Shown here piece after piece: positions 1 to 11,907 of a DNA stretch of 56,748 nt (position 1 is the stretch's first letter; every line of letters begins with the position of its first letter). Made by a program: the position numbers and the translations under genes. The DNA comes from Azolla caroliniana. Its lineage: Eukaryota > Plantae > Polypodiophyta. Below the pieces are notes generated by a model. It ran no database searches and was not told where the DNA came from. It worked only from the letters and a program-made list of their open reading frames with translations. Location of the stretch: assembly GCA_043228905.1 (NCBI GenBank), contig JBHGNT010000188.1, positions 1 through 56,748 on the forward strand, in the 5' to 3' direction.

Positions 1-533
1 AGGGTTAGGGTTTTTTATTTGATAGCTTTTTCCTCCCCTTTAAGATTCTCGCCTATTACCACTCGAAGATACCCTTGCATGAAGGAACTCAAGTTTGCAT
101 CCCTAGTTTAGTTGCATGTGTCCCACATGGCGTTTACTTTAGTTACATGGACTCCACGTTCAATTACGACATCCCACATAACATTTACTTTAGTTGTGCA
201 TGGACTGCATGTTCAATTATGGCCTGTGCACTACATATTGCCTAGCTGTTTTGAGCAATTTGACCGTTCTAAACCGTTCCGAGCAGTTTGGCCTGTGCTC
301 CAAACGCACAAATATGAACTACATACTGCTAGATCCGAGATTATCCTGTCTATGTGGGATATCTTATAGTTCTGTCCCCCCCCCATCTTCTCCAGCTTCA
401 TATACACATAACTCGATACGTAGTTGTCCGTTTTATACGTAGTAAAATACGTTTGGAAGCACTTAAAGATGTCCATCTTTTCGTACCAAGCAAGAAAAGA
501 ACCAGACAACAAGGAGAAAAACTGTAGCATCTT

Positions 534-550
534 TGGTGAACCCAACGTGA
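534..550 (+). promoter_or_regulatory. Primer binding site, tRNA-Trp (element A)
   Basis: One mismatch to the complement of the plant tRNA-Trp 3' end TCACGTCGGGTTCACCA (recalled sequence). Confidence 0.8.
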
Positions 551-574
551 AAAGGGGCGGCAAAGGAAACCAAG

Positions 575-3500
575 ATGAGGGGAAGTGAACTTGCACAGGC
601 GATGGCGGCGACTGTCGATCATATAGTGAATGCGTGTGAGGGCGCAGGTGGCCTCAACAGGGCCATTGAAATGATAGTCCGCATGATAGGCCGATTTAAT
701 GGGAAGGACGTGAAAAGCTACCTAGAGGCTTATCGGGCTGAAATGATAATGAGGGACATCTCGGAGGACAAAAAACTATCTGGATTCCCTCGGGTAGTAA
801 CGTTGAGCATCCATGCAAAGGTGCTCGAGATACAAGATGATTGTTAGAACTGGTCGGAGCTCGAGGAGAGACTCCTCGAGAGGTACGACGTCGATGACTG
901 GGTCCGGTTGTTGAAGAGGGCACTGGGCCGAAATGATAATGAGGGACATCCCGGAGGACAGAAAACTATATGGATTCCCTCGGGTAGTGACGTCGAGCAT
1001 CCATGCAGAGGTGCTCGAGATAAAGGCCGATTGTCGGAACTGGTCGGAGCTCGAGGAGCGACTCCTCGAGAGGTACTGTTTTTATGACTCGCTCCGGTTG
1101 TCGAAGAGGGCGTTCATGGAGTGGATCGAGCTAAACCCTAAACCGAAACACATCAGTGCTTCTCCATGAGTTTGAGAAGCGTTTTGCGCGCCTTTTGGCA
1201 TTGGACCAGACCATGCTTGACACGAGCAAGGTCCTGCTATTCATCAAATTGGTCGATCTGTTTGATTGGGAGAAGGTGGGTCTCCTGTTGGAGATGGATG
1301 AGGGGCTATGGTCAAGAGAGTTTGCCGCCGTTTTGACAAACGGTGGGAATGGAACGGCACGGGGTCGTCAACAACCGGCGAAACTACTAGGAAAAAGTTG
1401 GAGGAGATTCTGACTCAGTGAGAGGAAACAAGGAGGTGGCTTGAGTCGGGGCCGGTTCCGAGCAACGTGGTTGAAGGACCAATCGGGGCCGCAACTTTGG
1501 AGGAGTTAACGAAGATGGTGTGCGATCTCCAGATATGCAAGCTTGGAGAGATGGCAGGGGTCAGTCGTGTGATTGGGGGCCTCCAAATGACCAAAGGTGC
1601 ATGTGGTGTGATGTCGTCAGCCACATACAGAGAGTGCACCGATTTCGCCGAAGAACTCCAGAACAATGTCATGTGCCTGTGGAACAAGCAGGTACACGTG
1701 AAGGCCCCTTGAGGTGAACACCGGATGAGGCAACATGAAGAGGATAATGGAGGAGGCCACGGCCCGAAACGTTGAGGCCATTCACTACTTAGTGTCGGCA
1801 GGGATTTGGGTAGGCTGAGAGAAGGGCATTGGTTCCGGAAGCGGTGCCAGATTCTGGCTGCTTGTGCAAGAGGGCTTATCCGGAGTGAGGACAGGGAAGG
1901 AAGAGGCAAATCATGGGGAGAGGTAGGTCCAAGAGGGCACCGGATGGAACGATCTGATTGAAGAGAAAATCGGCTTCGTGGAAGCTGCGTGCCAGAACTA
2001 CGAGGTTCTGGTTGAAGAGAAGCGGGCCGGGAAGGCCGGAGGGGCCAAACCTTCGAACCGGTATGAGACTTGGAGTTGTCCAAAGAAAAATGACAGAGGC
2101 CCAATTGGCTCATAGGAAAAGGCTAAGTTCCTGAGCCTCCGGCAAAGCTTGGAGATAGAGAGAGTGACGAACCTGTGGAAGGTCTTGGAGGAATGAATCC
2201 TCGGCAGTCGGGTGGAACTCACCTTGAGGGAGGTGCTAGGGATAGCAAAGAAGGAGTTCCACGATTCTATCATCGACCTCGTGAAGAGGAAGCGACTCTC
2301 GTTGGAGCCGAAGAATGAGAGGCCGGTTGAAGTAAAGGTTGCACACATTGATGAAGTAGCAATAAAAACGGAATACGCTGAAAGCCTCCACACGCGGCCA
2401 CATTGGGCGAGAGCAACAACGGAGACCCCGATCTAGATCGAGTATGTGAAAGAACTGGTGGTGGCTCTGATCGACCATGGATCTAAAATAAACCTGATGT
2501 CCATGGACTTCTACGAAAAGGGACAGTGGTCGATCAACATGAAGCATGGGTAGAAGATACGCACAACGACCGACGCAACGGAGGAGCTTCATGGTGTGTG
2601 TCCGAACATCCAGGTGAAGGTCGGAGACGTCGAGATAGACCAACACTTCTTCGTGCAAGAGACATCCTCGCATCTAGTGATACTCAGAGAACTCTACATC
2701 ACGACAGCTTGAATGGAGACCAAGGTGCTAGACAACGGTTCGACATATGCATGGGTTAAGAGCTAGGACAATCGGCATTCCATCCAATTTTTGACGGTTT
2801 GGGCAAATCACGAGAGGAATTGGGACTCCCTCGGGAACGAGTGCTGGGAGGACTTTTAGAGAGGGCTATCAAGGCATGGGGCCGCGATAGTCCAGACATC
2901 TGGAAGAAACCCCACACTTGTATTATAGATAAGAAGTTTTGGCTCTTCGGAAATGGAGGTCGTACCATAACTGACATCCATGGTCAGGAGAAGAGGCAAG
3001 TTGAAGGGCGCTTGAAGGCATGTGGAGCCTTGGGCCACGACGATGAGATAAGTGATGCCGTCGAGGCTGTCTCATTCGACGAAGATGTGCGTGGAACCTC
3101 GCTTTTTCTCACACTGCACACGCCACACCACGACACCAGGGCGCGGTTCGCCGTCCGATTCGGTTTGAAGGTGCTAAGTGAGCGACAATGAGGATATGCC
3201 CAAGTTATATCATTTTAGTGGTTAAGGCCGACAAAGATTATCTGATCAGATTCTCGGTATGATTTTCGGATGCGCGACTCCGGACTTGGAAATGCTCTAG
3301 TGGACCGTGTATATAAAGGCCCTGAGTTCGGAGATTCAACACATCTCCGGTAAAGTCAACGCCATGGCCGATATGTTGTCAAGAGCACAGTTCGAAGGAG
3401 AGGGCGGCATGGTGTCAGAAGATGAAAAGGTTGGTGTGGACTTCTTTGAGTCAGATCGAATGTCAGCAAAGCGCTCCGGCCCTGAACGAGTTCGACAAGG

Positions 3501-5007
3501 ATGACTACAACGAGGAGTGGCTTCAAATCAGAAGGTTCCTAAGCACGATGGCGCCAGACGCAGCGTGGACGAAGGAAGAGGCCGGTCAAATCTAGAAGAA
3601 GGCCTAGAAGTTCTTCTTGCGAGACGGTAAGATGTGGCGGCATCCGAAGAGGCAGAACGACACACCACTCCGGGTGGTGATGCAGACAGAGGACCAATCG
3701 GTGCTGATGTCCGAGTTCCACAAGAGTCCCTTGTCCAGACATCGGGGAACATGGGCCACATTCGAAAAGCTCAAGGAGAGATATTGGTGGCCGAGAATGT
3801 ATTGAGATGTGCACCACTTCATGATGACATGCGAGAGTGTTCAAGTACACTCCAGAATCCGATACCGTAATCAGCTGCGCCCAACCTACCTGCCAACCAT
3901 TCACTTCAAATGGATGGTGGACTTAGTGATAATGCTGATGGGGGTAGGCCAAATGCGGTACCTAGTGCTTGCACGAGAGGACTTGATGAACCAAGAAGAG
4001 GGCTGGGCATTAACAAACAAGACAAATGCAACGGTATGCCGGTTCATAATCGAGGATGTGATTTGCTAGTACGGGTTTGTGGGGAAGATCGTGGCCGATC
4101 GAGGGGAGCTGGACACGCAGGAAGTAGAGGAGCTTTTCGATTGACTAGGGGTCAAGCTCTCCCTCACGACGGCATACAATCTAGAGGAAAACAAAAAGGT
4201 CAAAAGAGGGCACGATCGGATTGTTGAGGGGATAGTGCAAGCATGCGACGAACGAGTCGGTAACTGACCGAGACTTCTACCTTATGCGTTGTGGGCTGAC
4301 CAGACTATGCACAGTTCGGTGGCCTCATACACTTTGGCCGAACTCATGTTCGGAAGAAGCCGATAATGCCGGTAGAGCGGACGATAGCCTCGTGGACGTC
4401 GGTCTACTGGTTGAACAAGATGAGTTGGGTTGAACTATTGGCCATGCGAATTTGGCAACTCGAGAGGCGTCTGGACTGACCGGACTATGCACAGTTCGGT
4501 GGCCGCATACACACCGATCGAACAGAAGCCAATAATGCCGGTAGAGTGGATGATAGCCTCGTGTACGTTGGTCGACTGGTCGAACGAGATGAGTTGACCA
4601 TGCAAATTTGCACAACTCAAGAGGCGCCCGGAGGACATAGGATGAGCCAAGGCAAAGCTACAAGGCATTTCGACCGAACACAACGACTTTGGCCGAAGAC
4701 GATCGAAGAAGGCAACTAGGTGCTGGTATACGACAACAGCCTCGAGAACCAACACTGGTCAACCCGAAAGTTTGTGAAGCGGTGGTTTCGGACTTATGTG
4801 GTCACGAGCGCCAACAACAACGTGACGTACCATTTGGCTGAGCTCGATGGGACGAGGATCGCGGTGCCGATTGCAAGAAAATGGATCAAGGCTTTCAAGA
4901 AGCAGCACAAAGCGGAGCAGAACCCTGAGGTAGAGGTCGAAAGCACCGGAGAGGGCGAGGAGTCGAAAGAGGAACGGATCGGCAACGGTTCGGGAGAGGA
5001 CGAGTGA
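575..5007 (+). pseudogene. gag-pol pseudogene of element A (many stops/frameshifts, RT missing near 3100)
   Basis: ORF fragments collinear with the B/C proteins; sequence jumps from the start of pol to RNase H at about 3100-3150. Confidence 0.85.
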
Positions 5008-5079
5008 AGACTGAGCCGGAATCTCCACAGTTTCACTACTTGGCACGTGTTGGAGGACGTACGGTTTGGTGGGGGCCGA

Positions 5080-5796
5080 TGTCATGGAGGATTCTGACCA
5101 TAGGGAGAAAAGGAGTCGGATGCGCATGAACGAGGGTGTGCATGGATGCACACTAGTTAACCAATCTTTATGTACAAACATATGTAAATACTTATCTATT
5201 ATTGAATATTAGGGAAGCATGTTTCGATAGGTAGTTTTATGACCACACGAGTAGAGGAATAAAGGGGATTTATGAGAGGAAATCGAGGAGAGAATCAGGG
5301 ACAGAAAGTGGTTGTCTTAACAGTCGGATGTAACGGTCTCTCTCTCCTTGAACTATAAAAAAGGGGTGAGGAGGCACCATTGAGGGGGTCACCATTTTGT
5401 CATTTGGAGGTAGACCGTCAGGGTTTTAGTTATTCTCATCCCTATTTCGTTTTAGGGTTTCGGTTTTAGGTTCCCCTTTCATATTGTTTTCCTTTCTCTC
5501 GATTAGGGTTTAGTTCTTCCTCCTATCTGGTTAGGTTTTCTAGGTGTGCTTGAGTTCAGCCTATATGGTCGCGATTGTAATCATGTTGTGTTTGTGGCTT
5601 TAGTGCCTCGTAATGGAATTAGCGTGATAAAGCTTGTCTCGATCTAGCCCTTTATCTTTTTAATATTCGCACATTGTTCCTCCCCTTTTGTGCTCGAAGG
5701 CTTTGTTAAGCTCCCACTTTCCCCTTCTTTTACTCCCTAGTCCAAGATCACCGTGGACTCGCCCAAGCCAACATACACTTGCGGATTTCCACGACA
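5080..5796 (+). repeat. LTR between element A and a second, truncated tandem unit
   Basis: TG...CA termini, PPT upstream, TATAAAA near 5354, second Trp PBS at 5801-5817. Confidence 0.75.
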
Positions 5797-5937
5797 TCTT
5801 TGGTGAACCCGACATGAAGGGGCGGCAAGGGAGGATGGTGATGGAGGAAGAAAATTTTGAGGAGATGATGTTGAGTATGATCATGAGGTTTTCGAAGGAA
5901 AGAGAAAGGCGAGATGCGGCTCAACAAGCTGTCGAGA

Positions 5938-6070
5938 GCATGTTTTGATAGGTACTTTTATTACCACACGAGTAGATGAATAAAGGGGATTGATGATAGG
6001 AAATCGAGGAGAGAATCGGAGACAAAAAGCGGTTGTCTTAACAACCTGAGCTATAAAAGGAGAAAGAAAA
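5938..6070 (+). repeat. Partial second copy of the element A-family LTR (U3/TATA region)
   Basis: Similar to 5217-5360 (GATAGGTA...CCACACGAGTAGA...GGTTGTCTTAACA...CTATAAAA). Confidence 0.7.
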
Positions 6071-7288
6071 GACAAAGGGAGGGATTCATGATTTTGGAGA
6101 ACGAAGTGTTGACGGACCGAGCTCTACAGATTTCCGTTTTCCCCATTCTCTGTTTTTGTCTCTATTAATTCTAATTGTGCATCGGGTCGCGCGTGTTTGC
6201 ACTAATCGCACACTCTCAACTCATGGCCTATTTGCACAATGCATTGTATATCCCACTCTCAGCTTTATTGAGCTTTCTCTTACGATAATAATTATTCTTG
6301 TGCATCGCCGATCGGGCTGAGCGTGTTTGCACTAATCACACACACTCACCTCATGGTCCTTTTGCATACTTCACTCAATTTGTCTTTTCCCTTTCTTAAG
6401 ATTTTATTATGATTGTCATCTACCCACCCACATTTCATTGTTTTTTTACCCTTAATTTTTATGTTCATCTACACTATTTACGTGTGTTTCCCCTATTGGG
6501 TAACAATTTTGTGTAGACTATTTTTTTTCATATTGAGTGGGCATCATGCCATTTTTAAAATATTTTTTCCAAAGTGTCCTCTAGGTTTAACGCATGTAAT
6601 TGAGCCTTAGAACTCGATTAGAAACACAAGAGTTCCCCTATTGATATTTTACTCCTAGATTTGAGTACTACATCTTTGCACCCAACACCACCACCATTTG
6701 TATCAATTTGTGGCTTATGTCACAATTGTGCAAATTACAATCACCATATTGGGATAGATATGTGCATACCTCGCACCATCCATTTATTTGTGCCATTTTT
6801 ATTTAGTAGGTAACACATGGTTTTTTGAACCTTCTTTTCGTCACTTCTTGTGTCTTATAGGCAGTGACTTATTTATCTTTTTTTTCATAACATTTGCTTC
6901 CTACTCACAAGACTAGAATATTACTTGCGAGTGCACTCATTTTTTCACATAATACACTTTCTCAACCATATCAATACATTTGGGTTGGAATTTTAATATA
7001 TAAGGCTACCTAGAAATTTACATTGATGCTAGAACCATGGTTGAGCCTCGAGGAGCCGCATGATTATTCACGATAGAGATCTGAGAAAGACATCTTAGCT
7101 ATGTTTTCCCCCATGGTTTTTAAAACACCATAGTTATCGGATCTCAGTTCATATCTCATATGTCTAGAGGGGTAAAGATGTGAGATGCTTTCTTGGATAA
7201 AGTTCTTCTAATCAAAATTTCAAGCATTCATTTTGCTCATGTATTTTCGAAACCTCCATATTTATATTGCGTACACACAAACTGCATC

Positions 7289-10200
7289 ATGGAACAAGTT
7301 TTGAACACTGTTGGAGCGATATCTCCAACCGAGAACTCTCAACTCCAATCCACATCCCGCACACAGGCTGAGATGTGTATTGAGAAATTGCTCACTAGTA
7401 CCTTGAATCAATTGGCCGAAATGCGGCAAGCCAATATGGCTTTGGAAAAGAAATTCCAAGAATTGACTTTTGCGTCCAAGGAAGAAGATGAACCTTCTTT
7501 CATAGTCAGACCATTCAAGGGAGATAATAAAGAAAGAACTGAGGAGGCCATTAACACTTGGCTTGGTCATTGGGAGTCTCACTTTGAGCTCCATCCCAAG
7601 CCAGATGTTGTTCAAATTGGTTATGTAGATCATGAGTTAGGTGGCCGTGCTGCTGCTTGGTGGCACGACCTAAGGACTGCAAAGAACTTACCCACAACTT
7701 GGGAAGGTTTTGTAGATGTTTCCAAGAAATGGTTACTGCAACCACCTTCTCAAACTGAACAAGCACAAAACTTGCACATGTTGTCGAGCAAGCCATTTAC
7801 CTCTCTCGAGGATTATGTGCATCATGCTCGGACCCAGATCCAAAAATTGGGACTCACGGGTGAGAAATGGTTTGTCGCTTGTTTTCTAAATGGTATTCCC
7901 AATGGCGATTACATTGGATTGTCCATGACAAGGACCCCACAACTTTCAAGGAAGCAGTCAACATTGTACTCCGGTACCATAGGACTTCCAAGAAAGTCCG
8001 CAATAAACCTAAGTTTGCCAAAACTCCGAATATCAAGTTCATTGGGAAACGTAAGCAATCCAATGACGCTCTTGTCCGCGACTCAAAGAAACCAAACCTC
8101 ATCTGTGCGTATTGCAAGAAGCGGAACCACACAAAGGATACTTGACATCGTCTTGAGAGGAAGTCAACAAACACCCCTCCTCAAGACAATCTACGAGTCA
8201 CACAAGTGAATCTTTTGATGTTATTGATGTTCATACCAACCACTTAAGCTTATGTCGATGCACTTTTCCTTCACATTTACTTGGTCCTAATGATTTAATC
8301 TGAGCACTCGGGTATATCAATGGAACACAAGCACATTTCTTGTTTGATTCCAATAGTTCTCACAATTTCCTTAATGATCACTTGGTGCAACAAATGAAAC
8401 TCCACATAAATGCAAGTGATCATATCTATCAAGTTCACATGGCAAATGGAGGCGTCCAATACATCAAGTGGCATTGTTTGTCAACTGCCAATTCAAATAG
8501 ATACGTATATGGAGAAGTTTGACTTTCATGTTATGAAACTACAATCTACAGATGTCATTTTTTGGATACCCTTGGTTTTTAATAAAAACCCTTCTTTGTC
8601 CATTGACTGGGTTAATCACTCAATCACATTTGAACTTAATAATTGTAAACATTTTATTCAATGTTCCAAAATTCCTTCTCGTTCAATTGTGTCTTATAAA
8701 TCTTTAAGTGGGTATTCTAGCTCATCAATTTATTCGTGTGTAATTGATGTCGCGCTTCAATTGTATTATTTTAATATTGACGCCACACAATTGCCACATT
8801 ATGAACGACAATTACTTGACTCTATTCTAGACGATTTTCAAGACGTGTTTCGTAACGAATTGCCACTTACTTTACCACCAAAACGTAATGTGGACAATAA
8901 GATTGAACTCATTCCCGGTGCTACTCCTGTGAGCACTCCACCTTATCGACTTAGTCGATTAGAAGTGGATGAGATCGCTAAACAACTTAACGAATACTTG
9001 AGTATGGACCACATTAGGTATAGTAAATCACCTCGGGGTGTGCCAGTTCTGTTAGTTAAGAAGAAGGTTCATAGTGAATGTGTATCAATTATCACCGTTT
9101 GAATAAAATGACAATAAAAAATGCATATCCATTACCTTGTATCAATGATTTGATTTATTGTTTGCATGGGCCCTGATATTTTACGAAAATTGACTTACGA
9201 ACAAGTTATCATTAGATTCACATTTGCCAAAGATGATATTCCTAAAGCCGCTTTTCGTACACGCTATGACCATTATGAGTTTTTTGGTCACGCCTTTCGG
9301 GTTGACTAATGCTCTAGTCACATTCCACCAAGCGATGAATGACGTTTTCCGAGGTCGACTTGGTGATTTTGTTGTCATCTTCTTGGATGATATTCTCATA
9401 TGTGGCCGTACCTTGCAAGATCATGTTCAACATTTTTTATTTGTTTTGCAAAAGTTGTGTGACAACTCTTTCTATGCAAAACTTTCAAAATGTGATTTTT
9501 TCCAAAAACTCTATTGTGTACCTACGTCATTTAAGTAAGGAAAATGGCATTGAAATTGAACCTTCTGGTTTTGAAAAGGTTAAACTTTGGCCCATTCCTC
9601 GTAATATTCGTGAACTTTGCTCATTCTTAGGATTTGTTGGATTTTTACGTAAATCAATTCGTAACTGTTCCAAATTTACTACACCATTAACTGACCTTTT
9701 AAAAGGTCATCCATGTAAGTCTGTCAAATCAAATTCCTGGAATGAAAAACTAGACACATCATTTGAGATACTCAAAAAGTTTGTGTGTCAAGCTCCCACT
9801 CTTCTATTACCGGATCCTTCCAAGCCTTTCTCAGTCGAAACCGATGCTAGTGATTATGCCATTGGTGTCGTCCTTTATCAAGGCAGACACCTTATTTCTT
9901 TTGAAAGTAAAAAGCCTAATGCTACTCAACCTCAATATTCGGTTCAAGAGAAAGACTTGTTCGCAGTAATACATGCACTAAAAACATGGAGGCATTATCT
10001 CTATGGAAATCAATTTGTGGTTACAACGGACCATCAATCATTGAAGTATTTTTGTGACCAGCCAGATCTTGTTGGTTGTAAACGTCGTTGGACTAACCTT
10101 ATGCAAGATTTTGATTTTTCTATATGGTATTGCAAGGGTTCTATGAACACCGTTGCGGATGCCCTTATTCACATTAAAGCAGTTAACATGCTTACCTTCA

Positions 10201-11474
10201 CGAAATAAAATCTGATCTTTTAGATCACCTTCGAGGGAAATACCTTGATGACAATTATTTCTCAAACTACTGGACGAAACCTGAATCTGGTTTAGATACC
10301 ATTACTAGCACCCTACCCTCGAAGGTGACCTTTCACATTACAAATAGTTTGCTCTACAATAGTGGAAAGGTCTGTGCTCCAAATTTACCAAACATGAAAT
10401 AGAAAAATCTTCATGAATGTCATGATGCACCATTTGTTGGTCATCGTGGAATACAACACACACTTGTTCTCATCTCGAGTACTTTTTCCTGGCCTAAGAT
10501 GCATTCTGATGTGCATAAATACGTGACTCAATGCTTATAATGTCAAATTAATAAGTCAGAATGACTTAAAGTTGGTCTTTTGCATCCTTTAGATATTCCC
10601 AATAAAAAATGGGAATGTATCTCGATGGATTTTATTGTTAGTTTACCTCGTACACAGAGGAGTCATGATGCCATTTGGGTTGTCGTTAACTGACTAACAA
10701 AATTGGCCAGATTTATTCCTACCAAAACCACAGTAACCACTCAACAATTGGCTTATCAATTTGTTGATGAGTTATTTCGTTTTTATGGATTACCAATGGA
10801 TATTGGTAGTGATCGAGATTCCAAGTTTACTAGTGACTTTTGGACTCAGTTCCTTAAGAAGCTAGAAACTACGTTGAGCATGAGTTCCATAGATCATCCT
10901 CAAACTGATGGACAAACTAAACGAGTTAATCAAATTATTGAGGACATGCTTCGAATTTATGTAGCAAAAACCCCTTCTAAGTGGGAGCAATACCTTCCTA
11001 TCTTAGAATTTGCCTATAATAGCTCAAAACATACATCCAATGGATATAGTCCTTTTATGTTTATGTATGGTTTTTGGCCACATGCAGCGTGATACATTAG
11101 ACAGTACACACAATTTTTTGCAAGAAATGAACTAGATGTTGCATATTGCCAAAGAAAATGTTCAGACAGGTGAAGATCATGTTCGATTTTATGCTGATCA
11201 GGATAGACTTCCTCGTGCATTTACTATTGGTCAAAAAGCCTTTTTGCGTGTCCCTACTGACTCTATGTCATTGTCTATGGGCAAGTGTGCTAAGTTAGCC
11301 CCACGATATTGTGGCCCATTTGAAATCCTTAAGCGAGTTGGGTCATCTGCTTATCACCTTGCCTTACCCCATAACGTTGGTATTCATCCAGGTTTTCACA
11401 TCAATCGTCTAAAACCATTTTTAGCCTCTGGTGGTAACACCATCACAGTCCAAGATCTTGTAACGTTGTCTTAG
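7289..11474 (+). mobile_element. Element I: decayed chromovirus-type Ty3/Gypsy gag-pol; LTRs not identified
   Basis: Gag with zinc-knuckle remnant (CAYCKKRNH), protease (FDSNSSHNF), RT (PFGLTNA, FLDDIL), RNase H (ETDASDYAIG), integrase (HPQTDGQTKRVN, YCGPF) in Gypsy order. Confidence 0.85.
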
Positions 11475-11590
11475 CTAACCTCATAAGGACATTACTTCGG
11501 AAGGTTGCTATCTTAGACACCGGTGGTGCGGGCTATCGAGACTCGTGGGTAGGAGATAGAGTGAGAACGAGAGCGAGAGGGAAAGAGAGA

Positions 11591-11592
<2 letters not shown>

Positions 11593-11672
<80 letters not shown>
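11593..11672. repeat. Compound microsatellite (GT)25(GA)15 inside the H LTR
   Basis: Read directly from the sequence. Confidence 0.95.
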
Positions 11673-11675
<3 letters not shown>

Positions 11676-11807
11676 CTTGAAATAGAAATGAGATTATATT
11701 ATGATGAAACAAGATTACAATGAGTAGGCTAAGGGCTAAAGACTGGTGTTGAACCGAATGAGTTGAAATGAATGTATGGACACTTATTTATAGATCTGTA
11801 TGGAGTA

Positions 11808-11907
11808 TTCTAGAATGTTCTAGAATATTTTAGATTTTATGATAAGAAATATAATCATGAAATATTAAAGGATGTTTTAGAATAATCTAGAATGTTCTAG
11901 AATATTC
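11808..11907. promoter_or_regulatory. Two heat-shock elements in the H LTR U3
   Basis: TTCtaGAAtgTTCtaGAA (11808-11825) and GAAtgTTCtaGAAtaTTC (11890-11907), just upstream of the minus-strand TATA. Confidence 0.7.

Larger units (their letters stand above)
1..5796 (+). mobile_element. Element A: degenerate Ty3/Gypsy LTR retrotransposon (tRNA-Trp PBS, Phygy-like); RT largely deleted
   Basis: PBS TGGTGAACCCAACGTGA 534-550. Fragmented gag (IGRFNGKDVKSYL), protease (ALIDHGSKINLM), RNase H and integrase pieces are homologous to elements B/C. PPT-like tract 5068-5079. Downstream LTR TGTCAT...ACGACA 5080-5796. Confidence 0.85.

Noticed and set aside
1-10. Telomere-like AGGGTTAGGG (also TTTAGGG near 5451-5510)
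   Set aside because: Only 1-2 units within LTR-associated sequence; not a telomeric tract.
6100-7288. LTR/PBS for element I; short direct repeats at about 6177-6237 and 6300-6367
   Set aside because: No clear TG...CA termini, PBS or second copy were found, so boundaries are left unassigned.
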